From IMG/VR virus record IMGVR_UViG_3300032116_000001, positions 310,001-374,000 of that record: a stretch of 64,000 nucleotides of DNA. The stretch is one strand, 5' to 3'. Positions 27,373-37,665 of this stretch are shown in pieces. The notes below the pieces were generated by a model, which saw only the letters and a program-made list of their open reading frames with translations, was not told where the DNA came from and did not search any database. Within the stretch, counting starts at the first letter, position 1. Each line of letters begins with the position of its first letter. The position numbers were made by a program, and so were the translations under genes.

Positions 27373-27507
27373 AACCAAAGATTAGACAATCCGTAATTTG
27401 CGCTCATGTATGCTTCGATTTTGCGATAGATAGCGGGAAAGCCCACGGCTTCAAATTTCTCCTTAAAAAATCCCCCATTTTTGAGATTCCATTAGCATAT
27501 AAAAGTT

Positions 27508-28311
27508 ATGCTAAAACAAAAACAAACTTATAGCAGCAAGTCTGTCGTCCACGTTGAATCCGAACTAGAGATTGTGCCTTTGGGACATCTTGATTTGCAT
27601 GCATACCGACTGGTTCAAAATTCAATCATTGATTCACAGGGCGATTATATTATTAGAGTTGACATACCCAAGTCTTCAACTACCGAAGGCATTGCTCATC
27701 TGTCGGATATTGAAAAATTTATCAACTCAGGAGAAGGTTATTCGACTAAATCAAATATTGATGGAAGAATTGATTCAAGTTATTGGGCCTTTTTGCCTAT
27801 GTCTGAAAGAAAAAGTGTGTTTAACTATGATAACTTTAGGCAGGCTGTGGTTGATAATCCATTTACTGCTTTTACGGGTGGCAAAGTAAGTAAAGATGAT
27901 CTAGTAACGTATAGTGGTGGGTATTTTTTTGATATTAACCTGAAACCGTTGCCACAACCAATTGTTTTGGATGCAAGCGGTATGTATACTGAACGTTTTT
28001 ACGACTTAGAAAAACTTATCAACATCCTTGGAAAAAGAAAAGATATTAAGTTTTATGATATAATGGGCAGAGAAATTGCGCATGCCGATGAAGATGCTAT
28101 CTTTTACTCTGACGGAGAAGATACTATTTTTGCGCACTGGCACCCATCGGCCAGTGACATGGAGTTGATTTGGGAAGAGTGTTGCCTGATCTTGCCGCCT
28201 AAGGAAGGCAAGAAACAAATTGACACCACTCCGTATTTCAGAATGCATGAAGCGATTTTGAATCGTGATTTGCTAGGCCTTCGGCGCAAAGGCGCTCGTT
28301 GGAGCCTGTAA
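27508..28311 (+). CDS. hypothetical protein
   Basis: 267-aa ORF. Confidence 0.65.
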   Translation: MLKQKQTYSSKSVVHVESELEIVPLGHLDLHAYRLVQNSIIDSQGDYIIRVDIPKSSTTEGIAHLSDIEKFINSGEGYSTKSNIDGRIDSSYWAFLPMSERKSVFNYDNFRQAVVDNPFTAFTGGKVSKDDLVTYSGGYFFDINLKPLPQPIVLDASGMYTERFYDLEKLINILGKRKDIKFYDIMGREIAHADEDAIFYSDGEDTIFAHWHPSASDMELIWEECCLILPPKEGKKQIDTTPYFRMHEAILNRDLLGLRRKGARWSL

Positions 28312-28354
28312 TTAAAAAGATAGCATTTGTACGACAAAATTAAAAGTTATACAA

Positions 28355-28792
28355 ATGCTATCGCAGTATAATAACTCTATGCGATCATTTTTATTCACTC
28401 TAGTCATTGGTCTTTCAAGTTTGTCTTTTTCACAAAATTCGTTTTTACCAAAAGACAAACTTGAAATGAATTATTCTTTCCAGTCCAGAGAGGGGCTTTC
28501 TATCACATGGAACAGTGTGCATCCTCTTGGCGCAGATATATGGGAGGCACCAAGCCAATACAGATTTAGATCGGATTATGGCTTTGGCTTCGGTGGCGGA
28601 AGACTGTCAATGTTCTTTGAGGATTCTGGCTCCAATTACTCCTGGAATGATCGTCAAAACTTTGGGTTTACTTATGGTTTTGGGTCGGTTAATACCAAGT
28701 TGGAAATCCAATTTTTTCGCAGAGAGCGCTCGGGAGCCTTTTCACGCGAAAATGGCACGGACATAAAAATTAATTTTTCAACAAAATTCTAA
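28355..28792 (+). CDS. putative secreted/outer-membrane beta-rich protein
   Basis: signal-peptide-like MRSFLFTLVIGLSSLSFSQ, alternating aromatic strands, terminal F. Confidence 0.5.
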   Translation: MLSQYNNSMRSFLFTLVIGLSSLSFSQNSFLPKDKLEMNYSFQSREGLSITWNSVHPLGADIWEAPSQYRFRSDYGFGFGGGRLSMFFEDSGSNYSWNDRQNFGFTYGFGSVNTKLEIQFFRRERSGAFSRENGTDIKINFSTKF

Positions 28793-28833
28793 AACAAGAA
28801 ACTTTTTGAGATTTTCATTCGTATTAAAGATAC

Positions 28834-28988
28834 GGCTACGATCATCCTTCCTTCTAAAAATTATCGGCTTGCCGCCAGGCGAGCTACTCCATAGAAAACT
28901 AGGGTGATTAATTTCCGTAAAATATATTGGCTATGGTGGAGCTTCCTTCTAAAAATTCATTGGTAGATAATCAGCTCCACCGCTTTCC
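28834..28988 (+). ncRNA. two-copy structured RNA motif in the 5' leader of the TerD-like gene
   Basis: each copy: GGCTA + 9-bp stem enclosing TCCTTCTAAAAATT + TTTCC. Confidence 0.6.
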
Positions 28989-28994
28989 AAAATC

Positions 28995-31088
28995 ATGAAT
29001 AACTCAATTTATATCCGAAGACGGAACAAGATTTGTGTTCCGTATGTTGCTCAAAGTGATTCTGTCACCAACGTTGCACATGTTGCATCTATTGTCAAAA
29101 ATGTAGAGACCCTTGGTTATACATTCTCGAAGAATCTTTTTGAGGCTCTTCAGGGATTGTCCCTAAAGCAGCTGTCTGATTTCTATGACAACTTTATGCC
29201 GATCTTTCGATATGCTCGTGGAGCACATCGTGATTACAATCCGATGTATCCCAATTTCCCCGATCAAGTAATGGAAGCGAGCGAAGCAGAGCTTTTTATC
29301 AATGCAATGATACATTATTGGTCTTCAGGGACCATCATGCCCGAATACAGAAAGAAAGAGCGGCTTCCCATTGCCGAAGACTCAAATCTTACGGTAATTG
29401 ATTTGGGAAACGAAGAAGAATTCAAGTCATTGTTTGCTCAAATTTTAGGTTCCAATACGTCACTGTCGGCTCAGGATAAGGAAGACATTGATTGGTATCT
29501 TAGATATTACGGACTGGATATTGACATGATGCCTTCTGAAATTCCTCAGAAGGAAAATCGCGCTTACGTTGCAAACTTGATCATGTTTTTGGTCGAATCT
29601 CCTGATGTTGCCACAGAATATTTGTTTAGATATTTTAGTACTCCCACGGATGTATTAAGATTGGCAGTAGCAATGTCCAATGGTGATGTTTCTTTGGCTA
29701 AGGCTTGCAAATTTAGAAATTTCAAGCGATCAGAGAGGGCTCTTTTATTGTCATTGCTTTCAAGGACAGTACATCCCGTTGAGGACATGCTAAAGTGGAA
29801 GAATCGTTGGATTCGCCTTGGCGAAAAACTTCACGTTGGCGAATATGCAGACAGATTCCCCAAGGCCTATGAAGCTTTTAGAATTCTTCGCAACAATGAA
29901 AAAGTAGAAACATTTAATAGTGTGGTTGAAAAGTCATTGCTTGATCGGGACATTAGCACAGCCGTAAGAAAGTTGGTTAAGCGACCTGGAGAACTTGCCC
30001 GCCGATTAGACCACTTGGTGAGAATTTCAACATTTGATCAGCGTGTGGAAATCGTGTCTGCGTTTTCTAGTGTTGTTGAGCAAATATCAACTCCCGTTCT
30101 TTTGCAAGTGCGACAGCACTTTGCTTCAAGAAACAATGAATCTAAGCTTCGTGTTTTCTTCCCTAAGGGAAATGTAGCAAAAGCAAAGATGATTGACAAT
30201 GATCTCCCTGTCATTTCTGAAGCGATTTGTTTTGCATTTGTAAGAACTTGCGAAGAAGCTCTGTCACAAAGATTTTCCGCAATGCCGTCGCTCGGAAATG
30301 TTTATGTGGATGAAGGCTTAAAGAATTATTTGCTTCCGTTTTCTCAACGATCAGCATCGAAGGCTTTAAAAACTCTTGTTCGCGGTAGCAAAGTTGATTT
30401 GGAAAGCAACAAGGACACATTGAGATTCTTTGTTTGGTGGATAAACGGCAATGGCCGCACGGACATTGACTTATCGGCTTCGACATTCGACAAGGATTTT
30501 AACTACATTGATGTTTTGTCTTACTACAATTTGCGAGGATTGGGTGGTTGTCATAGCGGGGATATCGTTGACGCTCCCGATGGAGCCAGTGAGTTTATAG
30601 ACATTTCTTTGTCTAAGATTGCTGAGTCTGGTGCGCGATATATTGTTATGACTCTCAATGTGTATAGGGGCGAAAATTTCGTCGAACTTCCTGAGTGCTT
30701 TGCTGGCTGGATGCTGCGCGAAAGTCCTCAGTCGGGGGAAATTTTTGAACCCAAGACTGTTCAGAACAGGTTTGATATCACCGCTGACATGCGCATTGCT
30801 GTGCCGCTGATCATCGACGTGGTTGAAAGACAAGTTATTTGGTGCGATTTGTCATTAAAGCATAATAACTTCTCGGCCAATCATGTTGAGGGCAATAAGA
30901 GGGGCATTAATGCAACATTGCAGTCAATGACTAGCCTAAACAAGCCCAATATGTATGATCTGCTTAGAATTCATGCGTCTGCTAGAGGCGTGATCGTTGA
31001 CTCGCCTGAAGAGGCCGATGTCGTTTTCTCTGTGGAAAATGACACCCCTCAAATGCTTGAAACTATCGCATCGGAGTACATGGCATGA
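28995..31088 (+). CDS. helical N-terminal domain plus C-terminal TerD-like domain protein
   Basis: RFFVWW...DIDLSA...SYYNL...HSGDIVDAPDGASEFIDI. Confidence 0.7.
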   Translation: MNNSIYIRRRNKICVPYVAQSDSVTNVAHVASIVKNVETLGYTFSKNLFEALQGLSLKQLSDFYDNFMPIFRYARGAHRDYNPMYPNFPDQVMEASEAELFINAMIHYWSSGTIMPEYRKKERLPIAEDSNLTVIDLGNEEEFKSLFAQILGSNTSLSAQDKEDIDWYLRYYGLDIDMMPSEIPQKENRAYVANLIMFLVESPDVATEYLFRYFSTPTDVLRLAVAMSNGDVSLAKACKFRNFKRSERALLLSLLSRTVHPVEDMLKWKNRWIRLGEKLHVGEYADRFPKAYEAFRILRNNEKVETFNSVVEKSLLDRDISTAVRKLVKRPGELARRLDHLVRISTFDQRVEIVSAFSSVVEQISTPVLLQVRQHFASRNNESKLRVFFPKGNVAKAKMIDNDLPVISEAICFAFVRTCEEALSQRFSAMPSLGNVYVDEGLKNYLLPFSQRSASKALKTLVRGSKVDLESNKDTLRFFVWWINGNGRTDIDLSASTFDKDFNYIDVLSYYNLRGLGGCHSGDIVDAPDGASEFIDISLSKIAESGARYIVMTLNVYRGENFVELPECFAGWMLRESPQSGEIFEPKTVQNRFDITADMRIAVPLIIDVVERQVIWCDLSLKHNNFSANHVEGNKRGINATLQSMTSLNKPNMYDLLRIHASARGVIVDSPEEADVVFSVENDTPQMLETIASEYMA

Positions 31089-31456
31089 AGTCCAAATACT
31101 CTATTGGTGATAGAGTAAAGACAAGATACGATGCCCAGGTGACAAAGGAAATTATGATTCCTGCGGGGACCATGGGCAAAGTAATTAGGGTTGATAATGT
31201 CGATCACAAATGGGGCAAAGTGTATCCCTGCACTAGACGGGGATACACCGCCTCTTGGGTTGAATTTGATAGCATTCCAATGTATTTTCTTATGTATAAT
31301 AGTCAGTTGGAGTGGCTTTCGAGTTCCCCGACTGACGACAGCTACACCACAGAAGTTATCGATGGCCATACTGTATTAAAGTTTCCTGACGGGACAGAAC
31401 TTTGGCACAAAGGCGAAACTCTTTATAACGGACTTGAAGCATTACCCCCCAATTGA
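31085..31456 (+). CDS. hypothetical protein
   Basis: ATGA overlap with the upstream gene. Confidence 0.6.
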   Translation: MKSKYSIGDRVKTRYDAQVTKEIMIPAGTMGKVIRVDNVDHKWGKVYPCTRRGYTASWVEFDSIPMYFLMYNSQLEWLSSSPTDDSYTTEVIDGHTVLKFPDGTELWHKGETLYNGLEALPPN

Positions 31457-31474
31457 ATTTAAATTGAAGTAAAA

Positions 31475-31795
31475 ATGGCACACGGCAGAGAAGCGTATAT
31501 TGAGCGGTTAAGGTCTGGCGAAAACGTCAGCTTTAGAGAAAGCGGAAATTCTATGACCCCGAAAATCAAACATAGACAAAAATGCACGTATTCACCTGTG
31601 CTTAGTCACGATGACATTCAAGTCGGGGATGCAGTGTTTTGCAAAGTTGGCTCATACTATTACACGCATTTAATTAAGGCCAAAAAGCAAGAAGGCGATG
31701 ATTATATTTATCAGATTGGCAACAATCATGGAAAAATTAATGGCTGGACCACTTTAAACAAGATTTACGGTAAGGTTATCAAAGTTCAAGACTGA
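31475..31795 (+). CDS. S24/S26 peptidase-like protein
   Basis: ESGNSMTPKI...VGDAVFCKV...YTHLI. Confidence 0.6.
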   Translation: MAHGREAYIERLRSGENVSFRESGNSMTPKIKHRQKCTYSPVLSHDDIQVGDAVFCKVGSYYYTHLIKAKKQEGDDYIYQIGNNHGKINGWTTLNKIYGKVIKVQD

Positions 31796-31831
31796 AAGGG
31801 CTGTTTTGCCACCACGCCGAATTCATTTAAT

Positions 31832-32719
31832 GTGTGGTATAGGTCAGCATCTGAGTCATTGAACAAATCGCGTTACAATCGCGATTTGTCTTCGATTATG
31901 CAAGACACTTTTTTCCACGGCACGGCTGAAAACTTTGAAGGTCCGCTTAAAGGCGGCGCATATGATAACATTATATGGACAGCAAATAATCCAGCTGTAG
32001 CACAAAATTACATTCCAGCTTCAGGAGCGCAATCGGGTTTTTCTCTTGACAAATGGGCTGAGGATCACGAGCCATATTCTCACTTTCGATATCATCGGGG
32101 CACGGACGTTGCACTTTTGAAACAAATGGGATATGGCTATCCTACTGATGAAGAATTATATCCGAATGGTGAGCTTAAAAACTATCGTATAAAAGATCGC
32201 CATGCAACACATGGAGAGATGCGGGAATATTTAAGATCGCTGGGATACGACCCAGAAGAAGATTTTTGGATTAACACAGAATATGTTGATGGTGACGAGA
32301 TTGTCCGCCCCAAGAATTACAAAATGCCAGGCAGGCTTTTTATTGGGCATCCTCAAAAGCCTTTGAATATTTTTGATACTACTGAGTATTTAGAAGGCGA
32401 TGAATCTAACCCAGCTTATCACATGCATGATGTTTTTAATCTTATTAAAGGCAAGGGATATCACGGCGTTAAAATACCAGATTTTGCTCAGTCAAAAAAC
32501 TGGGGAAATGTGCATCACGAAAGTGTTGGAATTTTCCCCGAATATGTTGATCATTTAAACTGGGATGTTATACCAGCGGTAAATTTTGACTGGGGAGATA
32601 ATCTTTTAGGTGTTTATTCGACGCCTGACTGGGATATTCATCATAAGCAACAGATACTTTCTGCTCATCAAAGTGGCGAAAAAGTTGATCCTCGATTATT
32701 AGACTGGGCTCAAAATTAA
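31832..32719 (+). CDS. MWY-tagged protein, ADP-ribosyltransferase-like
   Basis: GTG start MWYRSAS; FFHGT...IWTANNPAVAQNY...GYHGVKI. Confidence 0.55.
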   Translation: MWYRSASESLNKSRYNRDLSSIMQDTFFHGTAENFEGPLKGGAYDNIIWTANNPAVAQNYIPASGAQSGFSLDKWAEDHEPYSHFRYHRGTDVALLKQMGYGYPTDEELYPNGELKNYRIKDRHATHGEMREYLRSLGYDPEEDFWINTEYVDGDEIVRPKNYKMPGRLFIGHPQKPLNIFDTTEYLEGDESNPAYHMHDVFNLIKGKGYHGVKIPDFAQSKNWGNVHHESVGIFPEYVDHLNWDVIPAVNFDWGDNLLGVYSTPDWDIHHKQQILSAHQSGEKVDPRLLDWAQN

Positions 32720-33519
32720 ACGATTGACTGTCTTTCTGTTTTCTTTTCCCTTGTTGATTTTAACATTCTCCAGTTCTCTTTAATAAATTGAACAGCTTCT
32801 GAATATGTTTTTCCAGCTACTAATTCTCTTCCTGTATAATCCTCAACCATCCAGTTACCATAAACTTCTTTTTTCATCGGGAAAATCATTCCCTTGTTTA
32901 CGCTTGGCCCCCAAACAATAACTTGGGATTGCTGATCACCATGATGATCGAAAAGAATTCCTCCGCTATAAAACACAACTGCTTCGTTTCCATACTGCCC
33001 TGTAAAAGCAGTGTGCTCAGCGTCATTTGAATCCACTTGAAATGCAAAATTATAACCTGGGTCTTCCATGCGGTCTTCCTTCCAGGTTGATAGATGAACT
33101 CCCTCAATGTCAGGATGACCATATTTAAATCCTTCATTTTCGATATCTCTTGCATTTTCCGTGAAATGCACAAGCCAGTCGGGCCTGAGCGCTCTCTGAT
33201 ATTCTAATGAATTATATGCAGGACTTTCGTATGCATTTGAATTATCATATTGGTATCTTTCGCGAGAGTCATTTAAAAAACTAACAAATGCTTTGCGATA
33301 ATCATCAGGCGCATTGTTCAACCATGTATAGCCTCGTTCATCTGGGTAATCTTCCACGTCCTCCATGATGCTTGGGTCTAATCGGTATTCTTCGTGAGAA
33401 TCCAAAAAATTATCCACAAGAAAGGCATAATCATAAGGATTGGTTCCCTCTCGTACATAATCTCTCAAATAAGCAAGCTCTGTGCTATATCCCGCTTTTT
33501 TGATGCTTCTGTACCACAT
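32716..33519 (-). CDS. MWY-tagged hypothetical protein
   Basis: MWYRSIKKAG; WLVHFT...GYNFAF. Confidence 0.65.
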   Translation of the reverse strand: MWYRSIKKAGYSTELAYLRDYVREGTNPYDYAFLVDNFLDSHEEYRLDPSIMEDVEDYPDERGYTWLNNAPDDYRKAFVSFLNDSRERYQYDNSNAYESPAYNSLEYQRALRPDWLVHFTENARDIENEGFKYGHPDIEGVHLSTWKEDRMEDPGYNFAFQVDSNDAEHTAFTGQYGNEAVVFYSGGILFDHHGDQQSQVIVWGPSVNKGMIFPMKKEVYGNWMVEDYTGRELVAGKTYSEAVQFIKENWRMLKSTREKKTERQSIV

Positions 33520-33628
33520 AATGTTTTTTTCTAAGAATGTTTATTTTTAGCCTATAATTATCTAGGCTGATTCAATTTTTTAATTGAATTTAACATGTTA
33601 TAAGCTGTTATATCAGCTTGGGTTAATT

Positions 33629-34519
33629 ATGTGGTACAAACTTGCTCAGTTGGCATCTGTTGACGCTCCAGTTCTTGGAAACCAATCTGGCCCCGCTCAT
33701 TTAGGAAGCGGCCAGGAAATGCTTATTGAAGCAGGCGGAGATAGTGTTCAAGAAGTTGTTAGTAATTTTATGAATAGCAGCCAGCCTGTATTCTTTAGAG
33801 ATTCAAATGGCCAGCAATATCTGATTATTCATGGCTCGCCCGCACAAGACGGAGCTATGTATTTTGATGGTGGGGCAGCGGGGTCAATTAGGCATGATGA
33901 ATTAGGCGATTGGATGCGCACTCAAGGATATGATCCAGGTGCCACGAAAGTGATAGCATGTCATGGTGGCCAAATTATGACGCTAAACTCACCTGGCATT
34001 ACCCCTGCCTTCGATTACACTGGTCAACTTGAGATTGCCGCGCCAAATGATGGCAGCGGAGATTTCCTTTCAATTAGAGGAGCCTCTGCAAGATACGCGC
34101 TTTCCAAGGAGGGACGAGGCAAAGTTGACATAGATGGTATCAAGGTTTGGATAGAATATCCCAAAGGCTCAACTCGATCAGGCAAGGGCAAGGACGGCAA
34201 AGAATGGAGCCGAAAGATGGAGTGTGATTATGGCCGAATCATGGGAACAGTAGGGGCTGATGGCGATGCTATTGATATGTTCCTTGGGGGAAATCTTGAC
34301 GCCGATAAAGTTTTTATCGTAGATCAACTGAATTCTGATGGCGACTTTGATGAGCATAAATGTGTTATGGGGTGCGACACCTTAAAGCAAGCAAAAGAAT
34401 TATATCTCTCCAATTATCCAAAAGACTGGAAATGCGGGAAAGTTACAGAAATGAACATTTCTGAATTTAAGAAGTGGCTTAAAAAAGGAGACAAAAAAGT
34501 CCCAGCATCATCGGAGTAA
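33629..34519 (+). CDS. MWY-tagged protein with C-terminal inorganic-pyrophosphatase-like domain
   Basis: MWYKLAQ; IEYPKGSTRSG...DYGRI.GTVGADGDAIDMFLG...DEHK. Confidence 0.75.
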   Translation: MWYKLAQLASVDAPVLGNQSGPAHLGSGQEMLIEAGGDSVQEVVSNFMNSSQPVFFRDSNGQQYLIIHGSPAQDGAMYFDGGAAGSIRHDELGDWMRTQGYDPGATKVIACHGGQIMTLNSPGITPAFDYTGQLEIAAPNDGSGDFLSIRGASARYALSKEGRGKVDIDGIKVWIEYPKGSTRSGKGKDGKEWSRKMECDYGRIMGTVGADGDAIDMFLGGNLDADKVFIVDQLNSDGDFDEHKCVMGCDTLKQAKELYLSNYPKDWKCGKVTEMNISEFKKWLKKGDKKVPASSE

Positions 34520-34521
34520 TT

Positions 34522-36084
34522 ATGTGGTACAAGCAGGCTCAAAACACCGTTGAAGAAAATAAAAAGTCCAAGTCTTTTTATTCTCATATGCTTCGCGTCG
34601 TTGAAGAAAAAATGGGCTCAAAAATGCCTGCTCAAGACCTTAAAAGACTGCTTCAAAAATCTGGCGTCAGTGCCGAAGAAATGAGTTGGGTACACCTTGA
34701 CGAGTATTTGGAAAACAACCCTATTGTTTTTAAATCAGATTTGATAAATAGAATACAGTCAAAGCTGCACAATATTGTAGTTCACGAAATGGATTATGAA
34801 CAAGAACATGAAGACAATCGTGATACCACATGGGGAACGCAATTTGATGATGAAGATTACTTCAAGGGCTATGAAGACTATACTCTGCCCTACGGGGATG
34901 ATTATAAGGAGTTTTTAATTACAATCGGCGCGAAACCAGAAGATGAGTTTATTGATTATTTGATGAAGATAAATACTGGTTACGAGCGAATGGGTCGCGA
35001 AGCACTAAAGAAAAGCATTGAAGAGCATCCTGGTTCGTGGCGCAATCATTGGGGACATTGGAAGCGTTCTTTGGGGGAGGACTTCCCCGATTATGAATCT
35101 AGGCACTTCGAGGGTCATAAAAACCCCATAGCTCACATGAGAACGACTTCAAGAACGTCTAAGGACGGAAAGAAGTCTTTACATATTGAGGAAATACAAA
35201 GCGACTGGCACCAGGATGGGCGCAAACATGGATATGATCGGCCAGGACGTGCCAAAGATATAATCACAGTGTCGAAGCTGTGGGAGAAGGTTGCTGTTTT
35301 TAAATCGGCCACGGAAGAAGAAAAGAAAGAATATGAAGCTGCAAAAACAAGGTTAGAAAGAGATCAGTGGCGACCCGACACTGTCCCCCCTGGCCCATAT
35401 GCGAAAAACTGGCACGAATTGGCGATGAAGCATGCTATTGATATGGCAGTACGCGGCGGTTATGATCGCGTAACATGGAACACGGGTGATATTAGCCGAA
35501 ACATATTTGGGCTATCTAATGTTTTAGATAAATTAGAATTAACAAAAGATCAAAACGGAAGAATTTATATTCGTGGCTGGATGTCAGATAAAATAAAAGT
35601 TAACCAACAAGCTGTCGAGTCAAAAGAGCTTGCAAATTATATAGGCAAAGACCTGGCAGAGAAATTTTTATCATCGGGGCAAGAATCAATGGTTATTCAG
35701 GGTAAAGACTTGGAATATGGCGGCTACGGATTGCAAGCATTTTATGATCACATTCTGCCAAGCTTTACTAAAAAATACATTAAAAAATGGAACGGGGACG
35801 TTGGCGAGCATGAGGTGAATCAGGGTCAATACATGCACTACATTCAGGAAAGGCCAGCGCCTGATGGTTCGTGGATTGTCCGTCAATTTAGTCCATCAGG
35901 ATTAAATGAATCAACTGAATCTTTTCCGTCTTTAGAAGAGGCGAAAAAGTTTAAGGAAGAGAACAGAGTCAAATCTTGGGCGAAAGTTCACGGATTTGAT
36001 ATTACCCCCGAAATGCGAGAAGATATACAGAATAATGGACAGAGACTTGCCACATCCATTGTGGCCAGAAGAGTGAAAGGATAA
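34522..36084 (+). CDS. MWY-tagged protein with EEIQSDWHQ domain
   Basis: MWYKQAQ; AHMR...LHIEEIQSDWHQDGRK...PYAKNWHELAMK, recalled from large polyvalent/virion proteins. Confidence 0.65.
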   Translation: MWYKQAQNTVEENKKSKSFYSHMLRVVEEKMGSKMPAQDLKRLLQKSGVSAEEMSWVHLDEYLENNPIVFKSDLINRIQSKLHNIVVHEMDYEQEHEDNRDTTWGTQFDDEDYFKGYEDYTLPYGDDYKEFLITIGAKPEDEFIDYLMKINTGYERMGREALKKSIEEHPGSWRNHWGHWKRSLGEDFPDYESRHFEGHKNPIAHMRTTSRTSKDGKKSLHIEEIQSDWHQDGRKHGYDRPGRAKDIITVSKLWEKVAVFKSATEEEKKEYEAAKTRLERDQWRPDTVPPGPYAKNWHELAMKHAIDMAVRGGYDRVTWNTGDISRNIFGLSNVLDKLELTKDQNGRIYIRGWMSDKIKVNQQAVESKELANYIGKDLAEKFLSSGQESMVIQGKDLEYGGYGLQAFYDHILPSFTKKYIKKWNGDVGEHEVNQGQYMHYIQERPAPDGSWIVRQFSPSGLNESTESFPSLEEAKKFKEENRVKSWAKVHGFDITPEMREDIQNNGQRLATSIVARRVKG

Positions 36085-36114
36085 TTGTAATTTTAAACAG
36101 AAAAAGAGACTATC

Positions 36115-36861
36115 ATGAATCGTATCGCTGTCATAAAGTCATTAATTGCGATTGCTAACTCCTTGGAAGATCAGGAATTATCCTCTGAGGCCTCGCGATT
36201 AGATGCAGTAATTAGAAAAATCGCCAGCATTGATGATGAAGGGGGCCTTCAAGGTGATTTTAATATATCCCCTTCCATTATTAATTCTTTAGGCGGCGAT
36301 AGTGCAATGAATGAGCAAAATTCATCTGCCATGCAGCAAGCCGAGCGAATGATTAACGAGGCTGCAGGAGTCCCGTCTATGCGAGAGTTAGCTGTACGAT
36401 GGAGTGTTTCGCCAGGGTCAGCCCTTTGGATTTATGCTCAAACTGGCGAAGTAAATGATCTTGTACATCGCAAGGCGCTTTTAAAGGAAATTTCAGAAGC
36501 CATTGATAAAAATCATGACCCTCAAGAGGCTATTTTGCTCAATCAATTTTATAGCTTGATTTTGAAAACACTGCCAGTTGCAATAGGTCAAAACAAAGTT
36601 AATGTAAAGTCGGTAAATCATAGTCGCAAACCAAGTGATATTGGGGGAGAAGATATATTCTTAACTTTCACCACTGAAGATGATCATGTTGGCGGCATAC
36701 AAATGCATAAATCAGACAAGGGTCAAATTCAATTTGTTGGATCGGGTTATTTTAAAGATGGCAAATTTATGTCATGGGGATATAATGCACAAGACAGCAG
36801 CCTGCTTGCCAACGCACTTAACTCTTTTCTTATGGAGCAAGAAAGACAATCATATAGGTAA
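36115..36861 (+). CDS. hypothetical protein, tandem paralog A
   Basis: N-terminal ~50 aa similar to the next gene. Confidence 0.7.
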   Translation: MNRIAVIKSLIAIANSLEDQELSSEASRLDAVIRKIASIDDEGGLQGDFNISPSIINSLGGDSAMNEQNSSAMQQAERMINEAAGVPSMRELAVRWSVSPGSALWIYAQTGEVNDLVHRKALLKEISEAIDKNHDPQEAILLNQFYSLILKTLPVAIGQNKVNVKSVNHSRKPSDIGGEDIFLTFTTEDDHVGGIQMHKSDKGQIQFVGSGYFKDGKFMSWGYNAQDSSLLANALNSFLMEQERQSYR

Positions 36862-36871
36862 AAAAACAAAC

Positions 36872-37663
36872 ATGGATCGCATAGCTACAATCAAATCTTT
36901 AATTAAAATCACAAACGCACTGGAAAAAGGTGGGTTTTATAAAGAGGCCCAAACTCTTGACTATGTGATTCGTCGTATTGCCAGTATTGAGAACGAAGGA
37001 GGGCTTAATGGAGAATATGATATTTCTCGGGCCATTCTTAATGACATAGAAAACCCTAAGCTTTCCGACGATTTACCAAATTTTGATACTGCAGAAAACA
37101 TGATCGAAGAATTGCCAGATAGATTCTTGCAGGACAACATATTTGACGAAGAGGATGAAGAAATTGACCCAGAAGAAAAAGAATTAAGACTTCTGGCAAG
37201 TCGATGGAGCACAGGAAAGGAATCCGCTTTACACGGGTTTGCTGTTTCTGGCATGATCGTAGATTTAGATGATCATGCTAGGGCTCTTGAAGAGATTGAT
37301 CGAGCGCTGGATTTAAACACTGATCCAGAAGAATATATCAGATTAAGAGACCTTGAGGCACATTTAATAATGTCTATTCCTCTCATAATCCCATTTATTG
37401 GCTATGATAGCATCAAAGACATCAAAATACAACCTCGGAGCACGGAAAAAGGTCTTGACGTGATGTTTTTCTTTAGAACTGATCGAGGTTTTCGTGGTGT
37501 GCTTAATTGCAGCGTTGACCATCAAGAAAATATTATCCCGCGTTTTACGGGGCTTGAAGATAACGGTGAATACAAATCAATGCATTATTCCAACGATCAA
37601 ATTAAACAATTGGCTGAAGCTTTTTTTAGAAGATTACACATTGAAACAGGGGGAGATATATAA
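36872..37663 (+). CDS. hypothetical protein, tandem paralog B
   Basis: start reassigned to MDRIATIKSL. Confidence 0.7.
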   Translation: MDRIATIKSLIKITNALEKGGFYKEAQTLDYVIRRIASIENEGGLNGEYDISRAILNDIENPKLSDDLPNFDTAENMIEELPDRFLQDNIFDEEDEEIDPEEKELRLLASRWSTGKESALHGFAVSGMIVDLDDHARALEEIDRALDLNTDPEEYIRLRDLEAHLIMSIPLIIPFIGYDSIKDIKIQPRSTEKGLDVMFFFRTDRGFRGVLNCSVDHQENIIPRFTGLEDNGEYKSMHYSNDQIKQLAEAFFRRLHIETGGDI

Positions 37664-37665
37664 TC

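Noticed and set aside
27428-27455. GGGAAAGCCCACGGCTTCA, like half of an IS200/IS605 end hairpin
   Set aside because: The second arm and any associated ORF are missing; too short to call.
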